Shown here one piece after another: positions 1 to 10,328 of a stretch of 64,000 nt of DNA. A program made the translations under genes and the position numbers. The DNA is taken from NCBI GenBank assembly GCA_965206595.1, contig OZ242214.1:1856001-1920000 (forward strand). The letters run 5' to 3'. The first letter of the stretch is position 1. Each line of letters opens with the position of its first letter. Source of the DNA: Candidatus Latescibacterota bacterium. Its GTDB lineage: Bacteria; Latescibacterota; UBA2968; UBA8231. The notes below the pieces were generated by a model that did no database searches, was not told where the DNA came from, and was given only the letters and a program-made list of their open reading frames with translations.

Positions 1-36
1 CGGCGTTCGGCAGGCCGACGATACCTGCAGTCAGGC

Positions 37-1815
37 TCACCTCGCCTCCTCCACGGTCGCGAGCAGCAGGGGCGCAACCATCACCGTCCTCTCCCGCTTG
101 AGAACCGCGAGCCCCGGGGCACCTCCCCGCGGCTTGGATACGTGCTTCACCCGCGTGTACACGACCGGCACCTTCCTCGCCGAGCGGCCCTTGCTCCAGT
201 AGGCCGCCAATCCCGCCGCCTCTTCGATGGTTCGCGCGCCCGGCTCTTCCTTGCGCCCTTCCCGCCGCAGCACCACGTGAGAACCCGGGTAACCGCTGGC
301 GTGAAACCAGAGGTCTTCCTGCGAGGCCATGCGGTGGGTCAGCTGATCGTTTTCACGCTGGTTGCGCCCGACCCAGACCGTCCAACCGCTGCTGGTGCGA
401 TATCGTCTCGGGTGGGCCCTGGCAGGATCTCCCCTCTCCCGCTTCTGTTCGGGCGTGTGCTGTTCCATCCATTCCCTCACATCCGCCGGAAGTTCCTCTG
501 AATCGGTCTCCAATTTCGCCAGCATCCGTCGCAGGCCCTGTTCCAGCCGCAGCACCCGCCGCAGGCGATCCGGCAGCACATGCAGGCGCTTTTCGAGCTT
601 GCGCGCCCGCTTGAGGAACCGAGCCGCGTTATCCGCCGGAGAAAAACGCAGGTCCAACTCGATGGCGAGATGATTCGCCTCCGAGCCCGGGAAGGAATTT
701 GGGAGTTCCAGGCGCGCCGTCCCAGGCTTCACCTCGTTCAGGTGGGCAAGCAGCAGGCTTCCCCGTTGCAGCAAGGAAGGGGCCTCGGCCGCTTCGTCGA
801 GGTCCCGCTCCACCGCTTCCCGGGAACGTGTCGTCTTGCGCAGCTGGCGGGTCAGGGCCTGCCTCGCGAGCCTGAAATCGACTGTTCGCACCTCGGTCCG
901 CTGCCGGCTCGAGCGCCACTCCGCCAAGGCAGAAAGTATCGAATCGAAACGACGCAGATCTTCAACCGGTCTCCGGGGCCTCAGGGAGGAAACCATCAGC
1001 CGTTCCCCCTCGGTGTACAAGAAACCGCCGGTTGCAACGGCCCTCTCGGCAAACATCTCCGCCCCGACCCTCCACAGCCGCTCGATGAGGCCGCCGTGGA
1101 GGGTCGCTTGCGGGCCGTCCGGTTCTTCCCGGGGCGCTTCGCATCCGGCTCGAAACAGCAACTCCGCGGCTACCCCGCGATCCGCCCCGGCGATCGTCCG
1201 CTGCAGGGCCAGCGGCAGGTTTCCCGGCTGTTTTCGCATCTCTTCCGCGAGGGCATCGGCGAAACGGGAAATGAAGTCCTCCCCCGGCAGCAGTCGAGGT
1301 TTTCCGGGGGGGGAGTACGTCCCGCCCTCGCGCAGCAGGCGCCCATGACAAGCTTTGCCCGGGATCGGCCAGATCCCCTTGATCGCCTGCGACCGCTCCG
1401 CGACCAGCACCGCCTGCACGCGCGGGGGAATAAGCTCGACTAGCAACAGGCCGTAGGTCCTTTCCCCCCGCCGATTGTCGCGGGCAAGCCTGATCTTAAG
1501 TACCCGGTCCCTCCGGTCCGCCTGCACTGAGTCGACGGCAGCACCCTGGAGGTAGCGCTCGGCGATGCCGTGAAGGGCGAAGGCAGCGGGCAGCGGAGCT
1601 CGGCGGAGGCGGACGAATCCGCGCGTCCCGAGCTCGAATGACAAGTGACAGTCACGGCTGCAGGCAATGGCGAGGGCTGGCTGGCGTCCCGTCGAATTGC
1701 CGTCTCCCCCACTACCCTGCCCATGGGCGAAGCCGGCGCGCTCGATCCTGTGTCCGGAGAGCTTCGCATTCAGCTCGAAGGCCAGGGTCTGGATGGTGAA
1801 GAGATCGAAGGACAC
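37..1815 (-). CDS. NFACT family protein (RqcH/Rqc2/FbpA-like ribosome quality control factor)
   Basis: N-terminal MSFD..., DRVLKIRL and LLLVELI segments; coiled-coil middle with SPADNAARFLKRARK; C-terminal NFACT-R motif VGRNQRENDQL...WFHASGYPGSHVVL. Confidence 0.85.
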   Translation of the reverse strand: MSFDLFTIQTLAFELNAKLSGHRIERAGFAHGQGSGGDGNSTGRQPALAIACSRDCHLSFELGTRGFVRLRRAPLPAAFALHGIAERYLQGAAVDSVQADRRDRVLKIRLARDNRRGERTYGLLLVELIPPRVQAVLVAERSQAIKGIWPIPGKACHGRLLREGGTYSPPGKPRLLPGEDFISRFADALAEEMRKQPGNLPLALQRTIAGADRGVAAELLFRAGCEAPREEPDGPQATLHGGLIERLWRVGAEMFAERAVATGGFLYTEGERLMVSSLRPRRPVEDLRRFDSILSALAEWRSSRQRTEVRTVDFRLARQALTRQLRKTTRSREAVERDLDEAAEAPSLLQRGSLLLAHLNEVKPGTARLELPNSFPGSEANHLAIELDLRFSPADNAARFLKRARKLEKRLHVLPDRLRRVLRLEQGLRRMLAKLETDSEELPADVREWMEQHTPEQKRERGDPARAHPRRYRTSSGWTVWVGRNQRENDQLTHRMASQEDLWFHASGYPGSHVVLRREGRKEEPGARTIEEAAGLAAYWSKGRSARKVPVVYTRVKHVSKPRGGAPGLAVLKRERTVMVAPLLLATVEEAR

Positions 1816-1964
1816 TAGCTCTGATCCTCGTTCCCGGTTGTCCTGTTCAACCCGACTTCAGGGCTTGCCGGTTGCTCGCTGTGCAACCTGTTTGTCGAAG
1901 TGTCGAAACGGCTGGAATTTCCCCTGCGCGTCAGGTGCGGAATGCGACGGCCGGAGCTTCTCCG

Positions 1965-4691
1965 TCAGGGTCCGATGGCATCCAGGCTGGCCTCGAGTCT
2001 GGCAAGGCTTTCCCTGTACTCGGTCTGGCGCAGCCGCTCACGTTCCACCACCTCCCCGGGAGCCCTTTCGAGGAAGGCGGGTCGGCTAAGATTGGAATCC
2101 AGTCCCTTCAGCAATTTGGCGAGCTTGTCGATCTCCTTTTGCAAGCGCCTTCGTTCCGAGTCAATCGAGTCCACCAGAACGTGAACCACGATGTCCCTTA
2201 CCGGGAACCTTATGTGCCCAGAATTGTGCGGCGAGTCCTCCTCCTCCGCGCTCGCAATCGGAACTCGGGTGAGTGTCTCGATGTAGCGGTGACGCTGGAG
2301 CATCGGACCCGCTAACGGCTCGATAAAACTATGTTGGATCGGAACCCGCAGTTCGCCAAAAATATTCCTGATCGCGGAGACATCTTCCTGTACGAGGGTC
2401 ATCTCCTCCATCGCCGCTTCGTCGAGGTCCTCGCTTCGGGCAGCAGGCCAGGCCGCGGCCATGATCGCTTCTCCCGACGCGGCGTGCCGAGGCAATGCCT
2501 GCCAGATCGCCTCTGTGATGAAGGGCATGACCGGATGCATCAGGCGAAGGGCCTGTTCGAGCACCTCGACCAGGATCTCCTGCGCCAGGGCGCGTTCCGG
2601 CGCCGGGCCCGGCAGGCGCGGCTTGGCCAGCTCGACGTACCAGTCGCAGTAGTCGTTCCACAGAAAGCTGTACAGGGCGCGCGTGACCTCGCTGAAGCGG
2701 AATTTCTCCTGGTGCTCGTCGACGCGATCGATGGTTCGGGCCAGACTGCTGCGGATCCAGCGGTCCGCCAGCTCGGCGCTGGCGCTGGGCTCCTCTACCG
2801 GCTCGTACCCCTGGAGGTTCATGAGCACGAAACGCGCGGCATTCCAGAGCTTGTTGCAGAACGCCTGGCCCGATTTCGCGCTTTGCGAGGACTTCACCTC
2901 GTTGTCGGCGATTTCGGCATCGAAGCGGATATCCTGCATCGCCCCTGCCTGGTGGAGGAGCGAGTAGCGGGTCGCGTCCGCCCCGTACAGGCGCACGAGG
3001 TCCATCGGGTTGAGCCCAGTTCCCAGGCTCTTGCTCATGCGGCGCCCGTCCCTGGTCATCACCGTGGGGTGAACGAGCACCGTTTTGAACGGGACCTTCC
3101 CTGTGAGCTCCAGGGAGGTGAAAGCCATGCGCAGGACCCACAGGTAGAGGATGTCCCTGCCGGTGATCATCAGGTCGGTCGGGTAGAAATAATCCAGGGA
3201 TTCTTCGGTCTGCGGCCATCCCAGGGTGGCGAACGGCCAGAGGGCGGAGGAGAACCAGGTGTCGAGGACGTCGGGGTCCTGGAGGAACTCGCTCCCCCCG
3301 CACTGGTCGCAGCGGTCCGGGCGTTCCCTCTGCACGATCGGCCTGGCGCCCCCCTCGACGGAGACCCGGAAGCTGCCCTCTGCCAGGGCCCGGTCGCGGG
3401 GCAGGTCCCCTGCCGCGGTGATGCCTTCTCCACTGCAGGGAACACAGTACCATGCGGGGATGCGGTGCCCCCACCAGATCTGGCGGGAAAGGGCCCAGTC
3501 GCGGATATCGTCGAGCCAGTCGATGGCGTACTCCCGGAAGCGGTCGGGGACGTAGGCGATTTCCCGGTGCTCGAGGAAGGGGCGGGTCTTTTCCGCAAGG
3601 GCCTTCATGTCCATGAACCACTGCTCCATCGGCAGCGGCTCGATGACGGTGCCGCACTTGTCGTGGTGAGGCACGGCGTGCTCGTACTCCTCCGTCCTTT
3701 CCAGGAGGCCAGCCGACTCAAGGGCCGATACGACGTTGCTCCGGCACTCGTAGCGTTCCTGCCCGGCAAAACGGCCGGCAGCGGAGGTCATCACCGCGTT
3801 GAAGCCGATGACGGCGATCTCCGGCAGGCCGTGCCTCTTGCCGATGTCGTAGTCGTTGGGATCGTGCGCCGGGGTGACCTTTACGGCGCCGCTGCCCATT
3901 TCGGGGTCGGCGTACTCGTCGGCGACGATGGGGATCTCGCGCTCCATCAGCGGCAGCAGCACCCTGCCCCCCACGGCCCCCTGCCACCTCCTGTCCTCGG
4001 GGTGGACGGCGACGCCGCTGTCCCCGAGCATCGTTTCCGGCCTCGTGGTGGCGACGACGACGCCTTCCGTACCCGATACCCCCGGGTACCGGATGTGCCA
4101 GAGGTGGCCCTGCAGCAGGCGCTCCTCGGTCTCGAGGTCGGAGATCACCGAGCGGCAGGAAGGGCACCAGTTGATCATGCGCGTGCCGCGGTATATCCAG
4201 CCGTTGTCATAGAAGCGCTCGAAGGCGAGCAGCACGGCCTCGACGTAGTCGTCGTCGAGGGTGAAGCGGATCCTGCTCCAGTCGTAGCTGCAGCCGAGCT
4301 GGCGCAGCTGCCGGTAGATGGTGTCGCCGTACTTCTCCTTCCACGCCCAGATCCGTTCGAGCAGCTGCTCGCGCCCGAGATCGTACCGGGTGATCCCCTC
4401 GAGCCGCTTTTCGACCTGCATCTGGGTGGCGATCCCCGCGTGATCGGTTCCCGGCAGACAGAGGGTCTCGTACCCCTGCATGCGGCGCCGGCGCACCACG
4501 TTGTCGTGGATGGCGTGCTGGATGGCGTGACCCATGTGCAGTTCGCCGGTGACGTTGGGGGGCGGAATGGTGACGCAGAAAGGTTTTTTCCCGGGATTGA
4601 CACGCGCGGCGAAAAAGTTGCCCTGCTCCCAGAACGAGTACCATTCCCCTTCCGAGGCGGGGTCGTACTTCGTGGGCAGATTCAGCGACAT
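1965..4691 (-). CDS. valS: valine--tRNA ligase
   Basis: PPPNVTGELHMGH (HIGH), GTDHAGIATQ, ATTRPETMLGD, SRQIWWGHRIP, DPDVLDTWFSS, RMSKS (KMSKS), C-terminal coiled coil. Confidence 0.97.
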   Translation of the reverse strand: MSLNLPTKYDPASEGEWYSFWEQGNFFAARVNPGKKPFCVTIPPPNVTGELHMGHAIQHAIHDNVVRRRRMQGYETLCLPGTDHAGIATQMQVEKRLEGITRYDLGREQLLERIWAWKEKYGDTIYRQLRQLGCSYDWSRIRFTLDDDYVEAVLLAFERFYDNGWIYRGTRMINWCPSCRSVISDLETEERLLQGHLWHIRYPGVSGTEGVVVATTRPETMLGDSGVAVHPEDRRWQGAVGGRVLLPLMEREIPIVADEYADPEMGSGAVKVTPAHDPNDYDIGKRHGLPEIAVIGFNAVMTSAAGRFAGQERYECRSNVVSALESAGLLERTEEYEHAVPHHDKCGTVIEPLPMEQWFMDMKALAEKTRPFLEHREIAYVPDRFREYAIDWLDDIRDWALSRQIWWGHRIPAWYCVPCSGEGITAAGDLPRDRALAEGSFRVSVEGGARPIVQRERPDRCDQCGGSEFLQDPDVLDTWFSSALWPFATLGWPQTEESLDYFYPTDLMITGRDILYLWVLRMAFTSLELTGKVPFKTVLVHPTVMTRDGRRMSKSLGTGLNPMDLVRLYGADATRYSLLHQAGAMQDIRFDAEIADNEVKSSQSAKSGQAFCNKLWNAARFVLMNLQGYEPVEEPSASAELADRWIRSSLARTIDRVDEHQEKFRFSEVTRALYSFLWNDYCDWYVELAKPRLPGPAPERALAQEILVEVLEQALRLMHPVMPFITEAIWQALPRHAASGEAIMAAAWPAARSEDLDEAAMEEMTLVQEDVSAIRNIFGELRVPIQHSFIEPLAGPMLQRHRYIETLTRVPIASAEEEDSPHNSGHIRFPVRDIVVHVLVDSIDSERRRLQKEIDKLAKLLKGLDSNLSRPAFLERAPGEVVERERLRQTEYRESLARLEASLDAIGP

Positions 4692-4861
4692 GGACGGCTT
4701 TCAGTAGTAGGAGATTATCGGTGTAACTGCGTGTTCTGCAATCAGTTCAATATATGGGGGCGCATCGAACGATGGCAATGGCGTCCGGCCTTTACAGGCC
4801 GGACGGGGCGGTGATATACTTGCACGAGAAACAGGATGGATTGCGCTCTTCAGCGCCTGAA

Positions 4862-5839
4862 ATGCCCATCTCCAAGATCACCCACATCCGATTACTTTCG
4901 ATACCAACCTTGGCACACTGGGCGGACCTGCCGACCGAGCAGCGCAACGAAGCCAGCGCCCGCATCGACGAGGTTTCCACCTCGGAAATGCTGCGCATCA
5001 TGAACCGCGAGGACGCCTCCGTGGCCGCGGCCGTGGAGAAGGAGCTGGGCCAGGTCGCCAGGGCGGTAGAACTTGTCGTCCGTGTTCTCAGGGATAACGG
5101 CCGGCTCTTCTACATCGGTGCCGGATCGAGCGGACGCCTCGGTGTTCTGGATGCCGCGGAGTGCCCTCCGACGTTCAACACCGATCCCGGCATGGTCCAG
5201 GCGGTTATCGCCGGGGGGCCGGAGGCGGTCTTCGCCGCGGTGGAGGGGGCGGAAGACAGGAGCGATTCCGGGGCCGGAGAGCTGCGCCGGCGCCAGGTCG
5301 GGGCGGGTGATTGCGTGATTGGAATCGCCGCGAGCGGGGTCACCCCCTTCGTTCTGGGCGGTCTCCGCGAGGTGCGCGCCCTCGGTGCGGCCACGATCCT
5401 GTTGACCTGCGGTGCCCCCGGACAGGTGGCTTCCTTCGTGAATGTCCGCATCGCCCCACAGGTCGGCCCCGAGGTCGTTACCGGATCGACGCGGCTGAAA
5501 GCGGGCACTGCCACCAAAATGATTCTCAACATGATCTCCACTGCAGCCATGATCCGGCTGGGAAAAACCCTGGGTAACCTGATGGTCGACCTGCAGCCGA
5601 AGAACGCCAAGCTGCGGGACCGGTCGCTGCGGATTCTTCAGATGGTGGCCGGGATCACCAGGGAATCTTCCGAAGCATGTCTTGGCGCCGCGGGCGACGA
5701 TCTCAAGGTTGCCATCGTCATGCAGCTGTGCGGGGTCGACCGCGGCCGCGCCGGGACCATGCTCGCCGAGCACGGAGGCCGGATCAAGGAAGTGGTCAGG
5801 TTTTCCGAAAGCGGAAGCGCGGGAGTTGCCGCCTCATGA
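4862..5839 (+). CDS. murQ: N-acetylmuramic acid 6-phosphate etherase (start uncertain)
   Basis: LPTEQRN, GAGSSGRLGVLDAAECPPTF, GPEVVTGSTRLKAGTATKMILNMIST, GNLMVD. Confidence 0.93.
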   Translation: MPISKITHIRLLSIPTLAHWADLPTEQRNEASARIDEVSTSEMLRIMNREDASVAAAVEKELGQVARAVELVVRVLRDNGRLFYIGAGSSGRLGVLDAAECPPTFNTDPGMVQAVIAGGPEAVFAAVEGAEDRSDSGAGELRRRQVGAGDCVIGIAASGVTPFVLGGLREVRALGAATILLTCGAPGQVASFVNVRIAPQVGPEVVTGSTRLKAGTATKMILNMISTAAMIRLGKTLGNLMVDLQPKNAKLRDRSLRILQMVAGITRESSEACLGAAGDDLKVAIVMQLCGVDRGRAGTMLAEHGGRIKEVVRFSESGSAGVAAS

Positions 5840-6804
5840 AATACGGCATGCTGGGAGAAACGGATCTCGAGGTTTCCCGGGTCGGGCAGGGGACCGTGGA
5901 AATCGGATTGCCGTACGGAATCGGGCTCCCCGATCCTCCCCCCGACGACGAGTGTGTAAAACTGCTGCACACCGCCCTCGACCGCGGCGTCACCTACTTC
6001 GATACCGCCGCCGGGTACGGGCGCAGCGAGGAGCTGGTGGGGAAGGCGTTCTCGGGCATGGGCGCATCCCGTCCCGTCATCGCCACCAAGGTGAAGCTGC
6101 GCGCCTCTGCTTCGGGGTCGCAACTCGAAGGGGCCGCGCTCGCCGAGCATGTGTGCAATTCAGTGGCCGCCAGCCTCGCCATCCTGATGGTGGACAGTCT
6201 GGACCTGATGCAGGTGTACGTCGAGGAGGATACCTTTGCCCGCCAGGAGATCAGCGCTCCCCTGCTCGAAGCAGTCGAGTCCCTGACCGCCAGGGGCCTG
6301 GTGCGCTTCTGGGGCGCCACCAGCTACGGCCCTTCCGACGCCAGGGCGGTAGTTCGTCAGGGGAAGCCGTTTCAGACGATCCAGGTGGCTTACAACCTGC
6401 TCGACAGAACCCTCGAGCATCAGGTTCTGTCTGACTGCCGGGAACAGGGGCTGGGGGTGGTGCTGCGCTCGGTGTTCCTGCAGGGGGTGCTCTCCCACCG
6501 CACCGAAAGCTATCCCCCGAACATGGAACCGCTGAAGCTGAGCGCCCGGAAGGCCGCGGCCCTGGCGGGCGAATACGGAATCAGTCTGTCCGAGTGCGCC
6601 CTGCGTTTCGCCGCCTTCGGTCCTGCGCAAGCGGACGTGACCCTGTTCGGAACCTTCTGCGAGGCCGAGCTGGAGCAGAACCTCGCCGTGGTCGCGGCCG
6701 GGCCTCTGCAGGAGGAGCTGGAGAAGAAACTCGCCCCCCTGGCCATGGATGGCAGCGAGCTGCTCTACCCCCACACCTGGGGCCTTCCGCATGCCTTCAA
6801 ATAG
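5836..6804 (+). CDS. aldo/keto reductase
   Basis: ATG overlaps murQ stop (ATGA); LGETDLEVSRVG, FDTAAGYGRSEE, IATK, QVAYNLLDR, RSVFLQG. Confidence 0.88.
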   Translation: MKYGMLGETDLEVSRVGQGTVEIGLPYGIGLPDPPPDDECVKLLHTALDRGVTYFDTAAGYGRSEELVGKAFSGMGASRPVIATKVKLRASASGSQLEGAALAEHVCNSVAASLAILMVDSLDLMQVYVEEDTFARQEISAPLLEAVESLTARGLVRFWGATSYGPSDARAVVRQGKPFQTIQVAYNLLDRTLEHQVLSDCREQGLGVVLRSVFLQGVLSHRTESYPPNMEPLKLSARKAAALAGEYGISLSECALRFAAFGPAQADVTLFGTFCEAELEQNLAVVAAGPLQEELEKKLAPLAMDGSELLYPHTWGLPHAFK

Positions 6805-6939
6805 AGGAATTGTCATGGACGACTTCCCCTGTCCGGGCAGGCCGCCGACAGGTCGGGATTCCTGTCCGGAAAGCAACCCACCGTCTTCGAGCCGCCCGGG
6901 TCCGGCCGGAGTCTCCGCAAGCGCCCCTCATACCGGCCA

Positions 6940-8082
6940 ATGGCCTCGAACTTCACTACTGCCATGAAACTCAAGCCCGCGATTTCACCCCGGTCCCTGG
7001 TCGGTTTGGACAAGGAGGAACTCGACACTCCCGTCCTGCTGATCGATCTCGACAGGTTCGAGTCGAACATCGCAGCCATCGCCGCCTGCTGCCGGGATCA
7101 CGGCAGCGGCTGGAGGCCGCACAGCAAGGCGCACAAATCACCGGAAATCGCCCATCTGCTGGTGGCAGCCGGGGCCACCGGCATTACCTGTGCGAAGCTG
7201 AGTGAAGCGGAAATGATGGTGTCCCACGGCATCGGCGACATCCTGCTCGCCAACCAGTTGGGGAGCGCGAGCAAACAACGCCGTCTCGCCGAGATTCAGA
7301 AACATGGGCGGGTCATTGCCATCGTCGACACCGAGGCGGTGCTGGAGCCGATGGCCACGGCAGCGGTCGCGGCGGGCACGACCATCCCGGTGCTTATAGA
7401 TGTCGACATCGGCATGAACCGCACCGGTTGCCTCCCCGGGAAGGAGGTGGTCCGGCTCGCCGAAGCGATCTCACGGAGGCCGGGATTGCGCCTCGAGGGC
7501 ATCATGGGGTACGAGGGTCACGTGCTGGAGATCGAGCCTCCTGAAGCGAAGGAAAGGGTCTGCCAGGAGTCGCTGGAAAAGCTGGTTCTCAGCGGGGATG
7601 CCCTCCTTGAGCAGGGCCATCGCTGCGACATCGTCAGCGCCGGAGGCACCGGGACCTACACTATCACCTCTGCTTTTGAGGGGATCACCGAGCTGCAGGC
7701 CGGAGGCGGCATTTTCATGGACGCGATGTACCGTGAGAGCTGCCACGTAGAAGACTTGCAGTTCGCCCTCACCGTGCTGGCGACGGTCAGCAGCTGCCAG
7801 CACAGCCACGTGGTCCTCGACGCCGGATTCAAGACCCTGTCCCAGTCGGATAGCGCGCCGCGCGCCCTCGGCCGGGAGGACCTCGACCTGCGCTACCTGT
7901 CGGCCGAGCACGGTGTTTTTACGGTCCGCGACGGGTGTGCGGGCCCCGAAGTCGGAGAGCGCATCGAGCTGCTGCCCTGGTACAGCGACAGCACCACCTT
8001 TCTCCACGACCGCTTCGTCGGACTACGCCGGGGCGTCGTCGAGTGCGTGTGGGAGATCGCCGGCCGCGGTTTGCTTACGTGA
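6940..8082 (+). CDS. fold-type III PLP enzyme (D-threonine aldolase / DSD1 family)
   Basis: LDTPVLLIDL, WRPHSKAHK (PLP lysine), GMNRTG, MGYEGH, SAGGTGT, TELQAG, SAEHG. Confidence 0.88.
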   Translation: MASNFTTAMKLKPAISPRSLVGLDKEELDTPVLLIDLDRFESNIAAIAACCRDHGSGWRPHSKAHKSPEIAHLLVAAGATGITCAKLSEAEMMVSHGIGDILLANQLGSASKQRRLAEIQKHGRVIAIVDTEAVLEPMATAAVAAGTTIPVLIDVDIGMNRTGCLPGKEVVRLAEAISRRPGLRLEGIMGYEGHVLEIEPPEAKERVCQESLEKLVLSGDALLEQGHRCDIVSAGGTGTYTITSAFEGITELQAGGGIFMDAMYRESCHVEDLQFALTVLATVSSCQHSHVVLDAGFKTLSQSDSAPRALGREDLDLRYLSAEHGVFTVRDGCAGPEVGERIELLPWYSDSTTFLHDRFVGLRRGVVECVWEIAGRGLLT

Positions 8083-9278
8083 ACCTGCTTCTGGTATCGA
8101 TCGACAGCTTGCGCGGCGATCACCTGTCGCGCACACATCCCGATGTCGCGACACCCCGCTTCGATCGTCTGACCGCGGCCTTCAGCCTGGCGCCCAACTG
8201 CTTCTCCGTCTCCTCGGCAACCCGGCCGGTGCACCTCAGTCTGGTTACGGGGCTTTACCCGTTCGAGCACGGAATTCTGTCGCAGCGCCACAGCCGCCAG
8301 CGGGGAGGGCTTCCGATGCTGTTCGAAGTCTGCCGCGGCGCCGGAATATCCTGTACGGCGTTATCGGAAGCCTCGGAAATTTTCGAGGGACTCGATCTCG
8401 GCCTCCCGGTCGAACCGCTCGCTCCGGGGGCCGACGAGGGTGTCAGGCAGGTGCTTTCCCGTCTGGGCTCGACGCAGGGAAGCCAGTGCGCACTCCTCCA
8501 TTACTGGAGCACCCATACCCCGTACGGGGCGGCTGACGGAATGGCCCTCGGGGAAACAGCCGGACTGCTCGCGGCCGGACGCTTCGACCTGGTCACGGCC
8601 CGATATCGGGGCGCCGTCGAAGAGGTCTTCGAGCGCAAACTCGCGCCGCTGATCGAATCCCTCGACCTGGCGGAATGGGCGATCTTCGTTTTCGGGGACC
8701 ACGGCGAGAGCTGGACGGCTGCCGAGCCGTATCACGGACAGACCCTCGACAACAGCGTCCTTCGCGTCCCCTTGCTGCTGCACGTGCCATTCCGGGACAA
8801 CCGCCGGTTTGTAAACAGGAGGCTGGTGTCCCTCGTCGATCTCTTCCCGACGGTGCTGAGTTTGCTGGGGGTGCCCTGCGACTACCGGGGGTTCGGCCGG
8901 CCGCTGTGGGAAGCGGCCGGACCAAGCGAGCACTACCTCGCCCAGATCGTTCCCCTGGAAGGCGGGGACAGGCGGATCGAGATGCCCGGAGATAAAGTGG
9001 AAATGGAACCGGAGAAGGAGTTGCTGTGGGCCCTTTTCGACGAGGTCAGGAAGTTCGCCTTCAACGAAGGCTCCGGGACAGGGGTACTTACCGAGACACT
9101 TACGGACCGCGTCCTGGAAACGGTGGCACAGCCGCAGACCGTGGCCGCCTATACCGGCAGGTATCGCCGGCTCCTGGAAAGGAGCGAGTATGCAGGTCGC
9201 CCGCTGCAGATGCCGCAGGAAGCGGGGCAGGAAGCCCTGGTCGAGCGCCGTTTGCGCGACCTGGGTTACCTGGAGTAG
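8079..9278 (+). CDS. sulfatase-like / alkaline phosphatase superfamily hydrolase
   Basis: GTG overlaps upstream TGA; NLLLVSIDSLRGD, H.WSTH.PY, GDHGE, RVPLL, LVDLFPT, C-terminal RLRDLGYLE. Confidence 0.85.
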   Translation: MNLLLVSIDSLRGDHLSRTHPDVATPRFDRLTAAFSLAPNCFSVSSATRPVHLSLVTGLYPFEHGILSQRHSRQRGGLPMLFEVCRGAGISCTALSEASEIFEGLDLGLPVEPLAPGADEGVRQVLSRLGSTQGSQCALLHYWSTHTPYGAADGMALGETAGLLAAGRFDLVTARYRGAVEEVFERKLAPLIESLDLAEWAIFVFGDHGESWTAAEPYHGQTLDNSVLRVPLLLHVPFRDNRRFVNRRLVSLVDLFPTVLSLLGVPCDYRGFGRPLWEAAGPSEHYLAQIVPLEGGDRRIEMPGDKVEMEPEKELLWALFDEVRKFAFNEGSGTGVLTETLTDRVLETVAQPQTVAAYTGRYRRLLERSEYAGRPLQMPQEAGQEALVERRLRDLGYLE

Positions 9279-9284
9279 CCGCGG

Positions 9285-9713
9285 CTAGGGCCGGCATTCC
9301 TCACTTCCCCACCGGAACAGCGACGATTTGTAGATGTCGGGCCGGTGCGGCTTCAAGGTAACGATCTCGCAGTTTGGGTATGCGTCGGCCAGACTCTTCG
9401 GAGGCCGTTGGTCGTACCCGAGGGCGATCACGGCCGGGGCAATCTCGGAGACCACCTGAAGGAGATTGGCCCCCTTGTTTCCCAGCCTGACGACATCGGC
9501 GATTCCGGCGCCCTCGACAGTGGCCTTGCGCTCCTCTTCGCGGTGATCCGGAAGCCGACCTTTTATTCGCTCAACATTCTCGTCGCGGGCAACCACCACG
9601 AAAAGCTCCGTGCCCAGGGCCGCGGCCTGGGACAGAAAGGACTCGTGACCAGGGTGGAAATGGTCGAAGGTTCCGCAACAGAGAACGCGACGCCGCGATC
9701 GATCAAAGCTCAT
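9285..9713 (-). CDS. cytidylyltransferase-family nucleotidyltransferase (archaeal-type FAD synthase RibL-like)
   Basis: GTFDHFHPGH (HxGH), VVVARD, ALGYDQ, YKSS. Confidence 0.8.
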   Translation of the reverse strand: MSFDRSRRRVLCCGTFDHFHPGHESFLSQAAALGTELFVVVARDENVERIKGRLPDHREEERKATVEGAGIADVVRLGNKGANLLQVVSEIAPAVIALGYDQRPPKSLADAYPNCEIVTLKPHRPDIYKSSLFRWGSEECRP

Positions 9714-10296
9714 TGATGCGGCGGTCGATCCAGAAATCGGACCCGTGATCCTCGAAAAAAATGTCGCCAAACGCCCGCGCATCCTCGCGCGTTCGGAAAT
9801 AACCGATGCGAACCCGGACCCCTTTGCCATCCGGCTGGGCGATCGCGTACGCCGGATATCCCAGGGCACTCAACTCGGCCACCCGCTTTCCAGCCTTCAG
9901 GGCATCGGCATACACGCCAACCTGAACAGTGAACGCCCCGTCCGGCTCATATGCCACAGCTCCGGCGAGCAGCTTCTCGCGCCCTGCCCCGGGTCCAGTG
10001 AATCCGGGGGTTCCGGTGGAGCCAGCGGAAGTTTTCTCTCCTTCCCCCTCGACCAGGGCACCTGTTTTCGGGGTCTCCTCGTACTGAAAGGCGCTCGAGT
10101 CGAGGACGATCACCTCAATCGGACCTCCACCCTCGTCCAGGCCGAATTCATCGCTGCGGTCGATTTCCCCGCTGCAACTGCAGAGGGTTGCGGCGATGGG
10201 CAGCAGGGTCCGCAGAAGCTTCCGCCCGACCACGGAACGGTCCGGGGCAGGGTTTATGTAACCCGAGCCGTGGTACGGAGGTTCATGCTTCGTCAT
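9703..10296 (-). CDS. SPOR domain lipoprotein (start uncertain)
   Basis: hydrophobic stretch + LCSC lipobox; C-terminal FTVQVGVY...L..LGYPAY...VRVRIGYF.TREDA. Confidence 0.75.
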   Translation of the reverse strand: MTKHEPPYHGSGYINPAPDRSVVGRKLLRTLLPIAATLCSCSGEIDRSDEFGLDEGGGPIEVIVLDSSAFQYEETPKTGALVEGEGEKTSAGSTGTPGFTGPGAGREKLLAGAVAYEPDGAFTVQVGVYADALKAGKRVAELSALGYPAYAIAQPDGKGVRVRIGYFRTREDARAFGDIFFEDHGSDFWIDRRINEL

Positions 10297-10328
10297 CGGG
10301 ATCTCACACGGGGCTTCCATTCCACCGC

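Noticed and set aside
2331-4814. 827-aa plus-strand ORF and the many other long antisense ORFs
   Set aside because: Shadow ORFs opposite well-supported genes, expected at high GC; no recognisable motifs
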